A stretch of DNA of 56,967 nucleotides from an uncultured Candidatus Saccharibacteria bacterium. Its GTDB lineage: Bacteria > Patescibacteriota > Minisyncoccia > Minisyncoccales > CAYZYK01. Shown here piece by piece: positions 9,352-17,659 of this stretch. Location of the stretch: positions 1 to 56,967 of the forward strand of contig CAZDPT010000004.1 of NCBI GenBank assembly GCA_964507665.1, given 5' to 3'. The notes under the pieces were generated by a model, which saw only the letters and a program-made list of their open reading frames with translations, was not told the DNA's origin and did no database searches. Positions within the stretch are counted from its first letter, which is position 1; every line of letters begins with the position of its first letter. The position numbers and the translations under genes are program-made.

Positions 9352-9618
9352 ATGAAACAAAATATAGTTCACAAAGTTCCACAGGGAAAACTACTAAGAA
9401 TAGAGGTGGAAATTGAAAATTCTATGATTAAAGAAATTAAAATTACTGGAGATTTTTTTATTCATCCGGAAAAAGCAATCTGTGAGATTGAAGAATTTTT
9501 AGTAGATAAAGAAGTTCAAAAAGTAGAAGAAAAGCTTTTAAAATTATTAAAAGAAAAAAATATTAAAATAGTAGGTTTTACTCCAGAAGATTTACAAAAA
9601 AGTATAACAAAATTCTAA
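9352..9618 (+). CDS. separately encoded LplA C-terminal accessory domain (LplB-like)
   Basis: 89 aa from ATG 9352. Contains 'ITGDFFIHPE'. Sits directly after lplA, matching known bipartite lipoate ligases. Confidence 0.6.
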   Translation: MKQNIVHKVPQGKLLRIEVEIENSMIKEIKITGDFFIHPEKAICEIEEFLVDKEVQKVEEKLLKLLKEKNIKIVGFTPEDLQKSITKF

Positions 9619-9726
9619 TTTAATATTGCTTAAAAGTGTAGAATATCTATTAGTATAGAAGTTACGAACAAAAAAGAAATAAGAAATAGTGAGTAAGGGT
9701 ATGTTGTTAGTAATTATTTATCAAAG

Positions 9727-9787
9727 CAGTTCGAACGTCGTACGGTAAACGGAGCAGAGAAGCCCGAGATTATTTTCTTGGGTTTTT
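9727..9787 (+). repeat. intergenic repeat copy A (diverged), ending in terminator hairpin
   Basis: 'CAGTTCGAACGTCGTACGG..GGAGCAGAGAAGCCCGAGATTATTTTCTTGGGTTTTT' aligns with copies B-D. Confidence 0.75.
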
Positions 9788-9813
9788 GGTTTGTTGTTTT
9801 TTATGCTAAAATA

Positions 9814-10119
9814 ATGAGTATAGATATGAAAAACTTAAAACAATTAAAGAAAATTATAAAGGGCTGTGAGCCAACTCTTAAAGAAAAGTTTAAAGTTAAA
9901 AAGATTGGAGTATTTGGTTCTTATACCAAAAACAAAGCTAAACAAAATAGCGATGTTGATATTTTAGTTGAATTTACAGAACCAGTTGGGCTTTTTACTT
10001 TCCTTGAATTGGAAGAATTTTTGGAAGAAAAATTAGACTCTGGAGTTGATTTAGTAACTAAAAAAGCCTTAAAACCAGCTATCGGTAAAAGGATTCTTAA
10101 AGAAGTCTCTTATTTATGA
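9814..10119 (+). CDS. MNT-type nucleotidyltransferase (antitoxin of a HEPN/MNT pair)
   Basis: 'GVFGSY....SDVDILVEF' minimal NTase motif. ATGA overlap with the downstream HEPN gene. Start moved past repeat copy A. Confidence 0.8.
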   Translation: MSIDMKNLKQLKKIIKGCEPTLKEKFKVKKIGVFGSYTKNKAKQNSDVDILVEFTEPVGLFTFLELEEFLEEKLDSGVDLVTKKALKPAIGKRILKEVSYL

Positions 10120-10475
10120 CCGACAAAGTATACTTAGATTATATCCAAGATATTCTTAATTCTATTAAAGAAATAGAAGAGTTTACTGAAGATTTAAATT
10201 TTAATGATTTTATAGAAGACAGGAAAACTATTAACGCAGTAATTCGTAGTTTAGAAATTATAGGAGAGGCAACTAAGAATATTCCTAAATCGATTAGATC
10301 TAATTATCCTAAAATTCCTTGGAAATCAATGACAGGAATGAGAGATAAACTTATTCATGAATATTCTGGTGTTAATCTGGAGATGGTTTGGGAAACAATA
10401 AAAAAGGATATTCCAAAAGTTAAACCTTTAATTGAAAAAATAGAACAGGAATTCCAAAAGAAAGGTAGAGGTTAA
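10116..10475 (+). CDS. HEPN (DUF86) domain toxin
   Basis: 119 aa with the 'RDKLIHEY' R-x4-H-x-Y HEPN motif. Confidence 0.85.
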   Translation: MTDKVYLDYIQDILNSIKEIEEFTEDLNFNDFIEDRKTINAVIRSLEIIGEATKNIPKSIRSNYPKIPWKSMTGMRDKLIHEYSGVNLEMVWETIKKDIPKVKPLIEKIEQEFQKKGRG

Positions 10476-10482
10476 CTATACC

Positions 10483-10551
10483 AATATCCCAGTTCTAACA
10501 TCGTCCAGGCAGGGGAACAGAGAAGTCCGAGATTGTATTCTCGGGTTTTTT
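10483..10551 (+). repeat. intergenic repeat copy B with terminator hairpin
   Basis: 'AATATCCCAGTTCTAACATCGTCCAGGCAGGGGAACAGAGAAGTCCGAGATTGTATTCTCGGGTTTTTT'. Starts about 8 nt after the HEPN stop codon. Confidence 0.85.
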
Positions 10552-10618
10552 GAGTTTGAGTTTTCTTTCAAACAAAGTTAAACTGAAAATGATGGTATAA
10601 AAATAGTAAATATTATAT

Positions 10619-11113
10619 ATGAATCTGGTAAATTATTGCTTTATAGATGGAGTTAATTTATATAAAGGAATAAAGAAAATGGGGTGGTTTTTTAACAATG
10701 AGAAACTTGCTAAGTATCTGAAAGAAAAATATAAATGTAAAAAGATTTTTTATCATATTGGATATATTCCCAAGAATAATGACCTATATACACGTCTTCA
10801 AGAAGCTGGTTTTATTTTAAAGTTTAAACCTACCATTCCAGATGACGCTGGAAAACCCAAAGGAAACGTTGATGCCGATTTAGTATTAGAGGTGATGTTA
10901 AATTTAAATAAATTTAAGAAAGCAGTCATTGTGTCCGGAGACGGGGATTACTATTCGTTAGTGAAATATCTTTATAAACACGACAAACTTAAGCGCGTTT
11001 TAGTTCCTAATAAATCAGAATGCTCTGGTTTACTTGAACAAGAAGCAAGAGAAAAAATAGACTATATGGACTATTTAAAGAAAAAGTTAGCATTGAGAAA
11101 TAATTTAGAATAA
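10619..11113 (+). CDS. NYN/LabA-like (PIN-related) nuclease-domain protein
   Basis: 164 aa. 'GNVDADLVLE' and 'VIVSGDGDY' match NYN-domain acidic motifs. Confidence 0.7.
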   Translation: MNLVNYCFIDGVNLYKGIKKMGWFFNNEKLAKYLKEKYKCKKIFYHIGYIPKNNDLYTRLQEAGFILKFKPTIPDDAGKPKGNVDADLVLEVMLNLNKFKKAVIVSGDGDYYSLVKYLYKHDKLKRVLVPNKSECSGLLEQEAREKIDYMDYLKKKLALRNNLE

Positions 11114-11118
11114 AAAAA

Positions 11119-11157
11119 ACCACCCCTAGTCGACAAAACAACTAGCCGTGGTTTTTG
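11119..11157 (+). terminator. rho-independent terminator
   Basis: Imperfect hairpin ACCACCCCTAGT..ACTAGCCGTGGT followed by TTTTT. Confidence 0.55.
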
Positions 11158-11259
11158 TGACGATCTATTTTTATTTTAGCAAGTAATAGAAAGTTGTCAA
11201 GGGTATTGTCAAGAATTATATGTTAATAATTTTTTCAAGTAAAGGTTTTAAATTCTTCT

Positions 11260-11326
11260 AATATCCCAGTTCTAACATCGTCCAGGCAGAGGAGCAGAGA
11301 AGCCCGAGATTGTTTTTTTGGGTTTT
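11260..11326 (+). repeat. intergenic repeat copy C with terminator hairpin
   Basis: Nearly identical to copy B: 'AATATCCCAGTTCTAACATCGTCCAGGCAGAGGAGCAGAGAAGCCCGAGATTGTTTTTTTGGGTTTT'. Confidence 0.85.
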
Positions 11327-11364
11327 GTTGGTTTCTCTGTAAAATTATGATAATATTAATAAAT

Positions 11365-11544
11365 ATGAGAAACAAAAAAAACAAAAAACAAAAAACAGCT
11401 CAAGAAAGACAAGATGAGATTTTTCGGAAGATGTCAGCAGACAGGAAAGTAAAACTTACATCAGAGTTATCATCTTTTTGCTTAAAACTTAATTCTCTTA
11501 ATGAAAATAACAAGCCAAGAAAAACTTCTAGTCAAAATAGCTAA
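11365..11544 (+). CDS. small basic hypothetical protein
   Basis: 59-aa ORF from ATG 11365, overlapping the start of the next gene. No recognisable motif. Confidence 0.3.
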   Translation: MRNKKNKKQKTAQERQDEIFRKMSADRKVKLTSELSSFCLKLNSLNENNKPRKTSSQNS

Positions 11545-12067
11545 GATTCTTGACGATTTAGGAATAAAATATTTTGTTACTGGAGGATTTGCTGTTTCGG
11601 TTTGGGGAAGACCGAGAGCTACTTTTGATATAGATATTATAATTAAACTTGTTGAATCTAAGATAGTTCCTTTGATAAAAGCTCTTAGAAAAATTTCCAA
11701 AGCTGGCTATATTAACGAAAATATGATGAAAGAAGCAATTCGTCATAAGGGAGAATTTAATTTTATTGATCCAACTAGGGGTTTAAAAATAGATTTTTGG
11801 ATTTTGAAAGAAGGAAATTCGAGACCACCAGAGCTTAAAAGAAAGAAATTAAAAAAAATTAGCGATCAAAAAGTTTATTTTATATCACCCGAAGATTTAA
11901 TCTTAAGCAAATTACAATGGTATCAAAAGACACAATCTAGCAAACACCTTGAAGACGCTGAATCTGTTTTAAAAATATCCAAGGCAAAATTAAACACGAA
12001 ATATTTAAGACGATGGGCAAAGAAACTGGGGGTTTCCAGTATTCTTAATAAAGTAATGAAATCTTAA
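11501..12067 (+). CDS. nucleotidyltransferase-fold protein (AbiEii/MNT-like), function unknown
   Basis: 'YFVTGGFAVSVWGRPRATFDIDIII' resembles the G[GS]-x-D-x-D minimal NTase core. Confidence 0.5.
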   Translation: MKITSQEKLLVKIAKILDDLGIKYFVTGGFAVSVWGRPRATFDIDIIIKLVESKIVPLIKALRKISKAGYINENMMKEAIRHKGEFNFIDPTRGLKIDFWILKEGNSRPPELKRKKLKKISDQKVYFISPEDLILSKLQWYQKTQSSKHLEDAESVLKISKAKLNTKYLRRWAKKLGVSSILNKVMKS

Positions 12068-12075
12068 ATACTCAT

Positions 12076-12176
12076 AATATCTCAGCTCTAACAACATCGT
12101 CCAGTTACCGGAGCAAATCCAAACACGGTTCGAGAGACCAGTTTAATAAACCCCGAGATTGTTTTCTCGGGTTTTT
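12076..12176 (+). repeat. intergenic repeat copy D (expanded), with terminator hairpin
   Basis: 'AATATCTCAGCTCTAACAACATCGTCCAG...CCCCGAGATTGTTTTCTCGGGTTTTT'. Shares the 5' box and 3' hairpin with B and C but carries about 35 extra nt in the middle. Confidence 0.8.
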
Positions 12177-12250
12177 GTTTTTATTGCTATTTTGTATTAT
12201 AATTGAGATATAGCTGAGGTTCTTTAGAGAAAAAGAACCCTCTTGTTAAT

Positions 12251-13750
12251 ATGACCAAAAAAACTCCTAAAAAGACTTCAAGAGACAAAAAGCTTAAAGT
12301 TTTGTTTGTCGCTACTGAAGCAGCCCCTTTTGTTAAAGCGGGAGGGTTAGGAGATGTTATGTATTCTCTACCTGTGGCTTTAAAAGAAAAGGGCCATGAT
12401 ATTAGAGTAATGATTCCCCGCTATGGAACAATTGAGCCAGAGGAGCATAAATTAAGTAATGAGATAAAAGGATTAAGGGTTCCCACTGGTCAAAAAGAAG
12501 GCCCTCATAAATATTTGGTCTGTAATGTAAAAAAGTATAGCAATAAGAAAACAGTTACTACTTATTTCCTTGAAAATATGGAATATTATGAGAAAAGAGC
12601 TAATGTTTATGGATATTCAGACGATCATATAAGGTGGGCTCTTTTTTCAAAAGGAGTAATTGAATTTTTAAAAAAATCATCCTGGAAACCAGACCTTATA
12701 GTAGCCTCTGATTGGCAGGCTGGTCTTATTCCTGATTATCTTAAAACTATCTATAAGGAAGATGACATTTCTTCGATACCAGTGGTTTTTTGTATACATA
12801 ATCTTTCCTATCAGGGTATGTGTGACTTCAGATTCATAAAAGAAAGCGAGAAAGATTCAGGACAAGAAGCAATTCCTGGTTTTTTTAATTCCCGTTTAGC
12901 TAAGCTAAATTGGATGTTGAGAGGTATAATGTATGCTGATACGGTTGTTACTGTCTCACCAACTTATGCTAAAGAAATTCTTACTCCAGAATACGGAGAA
13001 GGCCTGGAGAAGATATTAGCAGAGAAACAACACCATCTTTATGGAATATTAAACGGAATAAATTATGAACATTATAGTCCTCAAGATTCACCTCACATTC
13101 CAGAACATTATAGTGTAAAGAACATAGAGATAAAAAAGAAAAACAAAAAGGAACTTCAGAAACGATTTGGACTTCCAAAAAGACCTGATGTTTTTGTGGC
13201 AGGCATGGTTTCTCGTTTGGCTCCACAAAAAGGATTTGATCTTTTGGAAAAAATGATTCACCCTTTACTTGGAAATCTTGATACTCAGATAGTATTTTTG
13301 GGAGATGGGGAGGGAAGATACAAAAAGATAATTGAAAAAGCAAGAGAAGAATATCCTCAAAAAGTAGGCTATATCTTTGAGTTTAATTTAGAGTTGCCTC
13401 ATCTTGTTTTTGCTGGATCTGATGTTACTTTTCTTCCTTCTAAATTTGAACCTTGTGGTGTGGTTCAAATGCAAGCTATGAAATACGGAGCTTTGCCTAT
13501 AGCAAGAAAGACCGGAGGCTTGGCAGATACTGTTAAAAGTTTTGACCTCAAGAAAAAAGAAGGAAATGGAATTCTTTTTGAAGATTATGATCCTTGGTCT
13601 TTTTATACAGCTATTATAAAAGCAGCAACAACTTTCCAATTTAAAGATACATGGAAAAAACTTATAAAAAATGCTATGAAGGAAGATTTTTCATGGGATA
13701 AGTCAGCCAAGAAATATGAGAAAGTTTTTAAGAAAACTTTAGAAAAATAA
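12251..13750 (+). CDS. glgA: glycogen/starch synthase (GT5)
   Basis: N-terminal 'EAAPFVKAGGLGDV' signature and C-terminal 'PSKFEPCGVVQM'. Confidence 0.9.
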   Translation: MTKKTPKKTSRDKKLKVLFVATEAAPFVKAGGLGDVMYSLPVALKEKGHDIRVMIPRYGTIEPEEHKLSNEIKGLRVPTGQKEGPHKYLVCNVKKYSNKKTVTTYFLENMEYYEKRANVYGYSDDHIRWALFSKGVIEFLKKSSWKPDLIVASDWQAGLIPDYLKTIYKEDDISSIPVVFCIHNLSYQGMCDFRFIKESEKDSGQEAIPGFFNSRLAKLNWMLRGIMYADTVVTVSPTYAKEILTPEYGEGLEKILAEKQHHLYGILNGINYEHYSPQDSPHIPEHYSVKNIEIKKKNKKELQKRFGLPKRPDVFVAGMVSRLAPQKGFDLLEKMIHPLLGNLDTQIVFLGDGEGRYKKIIEKAREEYPQKVGYIFEFNLELPHLVFAGSDVTFLPSKFEPCGVVQMQAMKYGALPIARKTGGLADTVKSFDLKKKEGNGILFEDYDPWSFYTAIIKAATTFQFKDTWKKLIKNAMKEDFSWDKSAKKYEKVFKKTLEK

Positions 13751-15226
13751 ATGTATTGGATTAACTTTTTACATATATATCAGCCAATTACCCAATCTGA
13801 CAAAATACTTGAAAGGGTAGTGAATGAATCATATCTCCCTTTATTTGAGGGGTTCTTGGGTTTAAAAAACATTAAAGTTAATTTGAATATTAGTGGGGCT
13901 TTAACTGAACTTCTGGTTAATAAAGGCTATAGGAAGGTACTGGAGATAATAAGGAAGCTTGCTGAAACCGGTAGATTAGAATTTACAGAAACTGCTAAAA
14001 ATCATGCATTTCTACCTTTATTGGATAAGAAATATATTAAACGACAAATAAGAAAGAATAACCAGACTAATTCTGAATATTTTGGTGAAAGTTACAATCC
14101 AATCTGCTTTTTTCCTCCTGAAATGGCTTACTCTGTGAAGATGGAGGAGACAGTAAAAGAAATGGGTTATAAGATGATAATATTAGATGAAATCTCTTAT
14201 CATAAAGAAAAGAAACCAAAAACAAATAGGATATATCAGAGTTCCAAAGGTCTTAAAATTGCTTTCAGGGAAAGAAGAGTCTCCAACTCAATTATGAGTG
14301 GAATTGTAAGAAGCAAAGAAGATTTCAGAGAGGTTTTAGGAGATGAAATTGAAAAAGAGAAGTATCTTTGTACCGCTATGGATGGGGAAACTTTCGGACA
14401 TCATCGGCCCGGACTTGAAAAATCTCTTTTTGAAATACTTTCCTCAGAACAGCCCAAGCAAATTTTTCTTTCTGAATTGCCAAAGTACTTCAAAAAAACA
14501 GAAAAGGTTATTCTTAATGAAGCAACCTGGGCCTCTTCTGTTGAAGAAATTCAAGAAGGAACCCAATTTTATTCCTGGAAAAACCCAGAGAACAAAGTCC
14601 AAAATGTTCAATGGGATTTTGTAAATTATCTTTTAAAATTAGCTAAAAAAAGAGAACTCTCAAATGAAACAGAAGAGAAAATAGACAGAGCTTTAGCTTC
14701 CGATCAATTTTTTTGGGGGTCAGGGGAGCCTTGGTGGAGTATTGAAATGATAGAAAAAGGAGCTTGGTCTATTCTTCAAGCCCTGAAAAGTTTGCCTGAT
14801 TTAACCAAGAAAGAATTAAAGAAAGGGGAGAATTACTACAAAGAGATTCTTTCTGTTGCCTTTTGGTGGCAGAGGAGTGGGAAAATAGAAGAGAAAGCTA
14901 AAAAGTATAAAGAAGCAGTAAGAATACCCTTTAAAGAAAGAACTCTCCAGGAAGACAAGCCCGAAGTCTATTATGCTTTTGTTGATCTTATGAGAGAAAA
15001 AATGGAAGAAGCAGTAGAGGAGAAAAACTTTGAAAAAGCTATTCTCTGGCGTGATGCTATCTGGAAACTTGAAACAAAGAATGATATTTATGATGCTATT
15101 CATGCAGTTGATCTTTTGAGATCTGAAGTTCCCAATGATAGAATTACTGAACTTATGGATAAATACAAAGAGAAGTATAAAAAGATAAAACCAGGTCAAC
15201 CAGAAATTAGAAAAATTCAAGATTAA
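13751..15226 (+). CDS. GH57-family glycoside hydrolase with C-terminal UVR-like motif
   Basis: 'NFLHIYQP' and 'MDGETFGHH' resemble GH57 signature regions. C-terminal 'EKNFEKAILWRDAIWKLE' resembles a UvrB/C (UVR) helical hairpin. Confidence 0.7.
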   Translation: MYWINFLHIYQPITQSDKILERVVNESYLPLFEGFLGLKNIKVNLNISGALTELLVNKGYRKVLEIIRKLAETGRLEFTETAKNHAFLPLLDKKYIKRQIRKNNQTNSEYFGESYNPICFFPPEMAYSVKMEETVKEMGYKMIILDEISYHKEKKPKTNRIYQSSKGLKIAFRERRVSNSIMSGIVRSKEDFREVLGDEIEKEKYLCTAMDGETFGHHRPGLEKSLFEILSSEQPKQIFLSELPKYFKKTEKVILNEATWASSVEEIQEGTQFYSWKNPENKVQNVQWDFVNYLLKLAKKRELSNETEEKIDRALASDQFFWGSGEPWWSIEMIEKGAWSILQALKSLPDLTKKELKKGENYYKEILSVAFWWQRSGKIEEKAKKYKEAVRIPFKERTLQEDKPEVYYAFVDLMREKMEEAVEEKNFEKAILWRDAIWKLETKNDIYDAIHAVDLLRSEVPNDRITELMDKYKEKYKKIKPGQPEIRKIQD

Positions 15227-16641
15227 TGAAAATAATACATCAAGCAGCAGAATACGGACCATTAGTTAAAGTAGGGGGTCTGGCGGATGTGGTAGGATCT
15301 CTTTCTAAGGCCTTAAAGAAAAAAGGCTTGGATGTCTCCGTTGTAATCCCTTTTTATGGCACAATAAAGATTAAGGAAAAAAACAAAGAGCTCATAAAAG
15401 AAAACCTGAAAATATCTTTTGGAGGAAAAGAAGAAACTTTTAACCTTTGGAAGGCTATTGTTCCGGGAGAGGAAGTCCCTGTTTTTTTAATAGAAAGTAG
15501 GTATTTTCAAAAAAAAGAAGTTTATTATAGAAAAGACGCCTCCTCGGGCGGAGGAAAGAAAGAAGCAGAAAAGTTTCTTTTTCTTTCAAAAGCAGGCCTG
15601 AAAGTAACTGAGATTCTTGGGGCTGACATTCTCCATTGTCACGACTGGCATGTTGGAATAACCCCTTTCCTTATTAAAGAAGAAAAGGGAGACTTGAGAA
15701 CTCTTTTAACTATTCATAATCTTAAATATCAAGGAGAATACCCCCCAAAAATTGTAAACTCTCTTTTGGGCACAAGTTTTAAAAAAGAAGTTAATTGTTT
15801 AAAATTAGGAATTAAAACAGCAGACCTTGTGAACACTGTAAGTCCCTCCTATGCAAGAGAGATTTTAACTGAAGAATTCGGTTCTGGTTTGGGGGAAGTA
15901 TTAAAAAGAAGAGAAGATGATCTTTTAGGGATTCTTAATGGATTAGATGTTACTTTTTTCAATCCCAAAAAAGATAAATTTTTGATTCAGAACTATTCTG
16001 TTGATAGTCTAGAAAAGAAAAAGGAGAACAAAAAGGAATTACAGAAAAGATATTTTAAAAAAGTAAATCAAAAAATTCCTCTTTTAGGAATGATAACTCG
16101 TCTGGCTCCACAAAAAGGAATTGATCTTGTAGAGAAAATATTCAAAGATCTTTTAGAAAGGGAAGTGCAGTTTATTCTTCTAGGAGAAGGAAGGGAAGAG
16201 TATGAAAACTTTTTTAGAAAAATGGATAAAGAATATGGAAATTTCTCCGCTCAGGTTGAATTTAACGAAGAACTTGCTCATAAGATATATGCGGGCGCTG
16301 ATATCTTTCTTGTACCTTCAAAGTTTGAACCCTGTGGGTTAGGTCAGATGATAGCTATGAATTATGGTACAGTTCCCATAGTAAGAGCGGTTGGTGGATT
16401 AAAAGATACAGTTTCTCCTGTTAAAAAAGAAAAAGAAAAAATTAATGGTACAGGTTTTCTTTTTGATGATTACAAAGCAGAATCTCTTTTTGAAACAATA
16501 GAAAGAGGACTCAAGTTTTTTAGAAATAAAAAGATCTGGATTGAAGTCCAGAAAAATGGAATGAAAAAGGATTTTTCATGGAAAGCTTCGGCTCAAAGAT
16601 ATATTGAAACCTATAAAAGACTTCTCTCTAAAAACAAATAG
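15226..16641 (+). CDS. glgA: glycogen/starch synthase, second paralog
   Basis: 'EYGPLVKVGGLADV' and 'PSKFEPCGLGQM'. 1-nt overlap (TAATG) with the GH57 gene. Confidence 0.9.
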   Translation: MKIIHQAAEYGPLVKVGGLADVVGSLSKALKKKGLDVSVVIPFYGTIKIKEKNKELIKENLKISFGGKEETFNLWKAIVPGEEVPVFLIESRYFQKKEVYYRKDASSGGGKKEAEKFLFLSKAGLKVTEILGADILHCHDWHVGITPFLIKEEKGDLRTLLTIHNLKYQGEYPPKIVNSLLGTSFKKEVNCLKLGIKTADLVNTVSPSYAREILTEEFGSGLGEVLKRREDDLLGILNGLDVTFFNPKKDKFLIQNYSVDSLEKKKENKKELQKRYFKKVNQKIPLLGMITRLAPQKGIDLVEKIFKDLLEREVQFILLGEGREEYENFFRKMDKEYGNFSAQVEFNEELAHKIYAGADIFLVPSKFEPCGLGQMIAMNYGTVPIVRAVGGLKDTVSPVKKEKEKINGTGFLFDDYKAESLFETIERGLKFFRNKKIWIEVQKNGMKKDFSWKASAQRYIETYKRLLSKNK

Positions 16642-16732
16642 GTTTTTTAATTTATAACTAAGAGAATATTTTATTTGACAAAAACAAAGACATTTGTTAT
16701 TATTAAGATAGATTGAGATTTATTTTTGAAAA

Positions 16733-17605
16733 ATGATTTTTTCTATCCGTTCACTTAAATTAATAATAACTTTAGTAGCAATAATTTTGCTTTTTTGGTG
16801 TTTGAGATATTATGCTCCTTTACCCACTATAGAAACATCTCTATTGGCGGTTTTGCTTGCTGTCTGTAGTGTTATTTTTAGTATTATTGGTGGTTTTTTT
16901 ATTTCTGCTTTATGGCACAAGTATGCCAGTTCTAGAGAGCTACAAGCCATCTGGAGTTCTAATTTAGAAGATATGATTTTCTATGCAGGATATTTTTTTG
17001 ACAGAAACCTGGAGTTCAAAAAGAAATTTACCAGAGCTATGGAAGAATATTGTATTGTTAATACGGCCATAAGATGGCAGGAGATAGAAAAAGAACAAAT
17101 TTATTTAAGAGAGATCGGCAAAACCTTTTCTATCCTTGATCTTAAAGAGGAAAATGATGCAGTTTACCGAAGAAAAATGATTGATTGTTGGCAGAAGGCT
17201 AGTGAGGCATTGGGAAGATTAGAGATTTTAGGGAAAGAAAAATTATTTCCTTCACAGTGGTTTATCCTTTTGGCTCTTTCTTTGATGATTAGTGGTTCTT
17301 TGTTGTTTTTAGAAAGAGCAAGCATTCTTTTTGATATTTTAACCTTAATTTTTCCTGTAATTATTTTCCTTATTTTATGGATGATGTACACTTACGATAC
17401 CATGCAATGGAATATAGGTGTTATAAGTTATGAGCAGACCCAAAGGATATTAGATGATTTGGGCATAAAAAGATTTTATTTAACAAAAATCCTCAAAAAA
17501 GGATTAATAAAACCAAAAGGAGATTATAGAACTGAAAAGGAGCTTGAGGGTAGATTAAAAAAATTGTATGAATCTGTTATAAAAGGTGAAGAACTTAATC
17601 CTTAA
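16733..17605 (+). CDS. membrane protein, unknown function
   Basis: 290-aa ORF with two N-terminal and two central hydrophobic helices. A TTGACA-17-TATTAT promoter-like site lies upstream (16675-16703). Confidence 0.5.
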   Translation: MIFSIRSLKLIITLVAIILLFWCLRYYAPLPTIETSLLAVLLAVCSVIFSIIGGFFISALWHKYASSRELQAIWSSNLEDMIFYAGYFFDRNLEFKKKFTRAMEEYCIVNTAIRWQEIEKEQIYLREIGKTFSILDLKEENDAVYRRKMIDCWQKASEALGRLEILGKEKLFPSQWFILLALSLMISGSLLFLERASILFDILTLIFPVIIFLILWMMYTYDTMQWNIGVISYEQTQRILDDLGIKRFYLTKILKKGLIKPKGDYRTEKELEGRLKKLYESVIKGEELNP

Positions 17606-17659
17606 AAAGTTTTACTAAACAAGAGTTATTAGTTTTTAGAAAAAAATATCCCTGTTAAT

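Noticed and set aside
9727-12176. Calling the four repeats integron attC sites.
   Set aside because: No integron integrase or attI is in the window, and no clear R''/R' (RYYYAAC/GTTRRRY) inverted core sites could be identified. The cassette analogy is kept only as a hypothesis in the findings.
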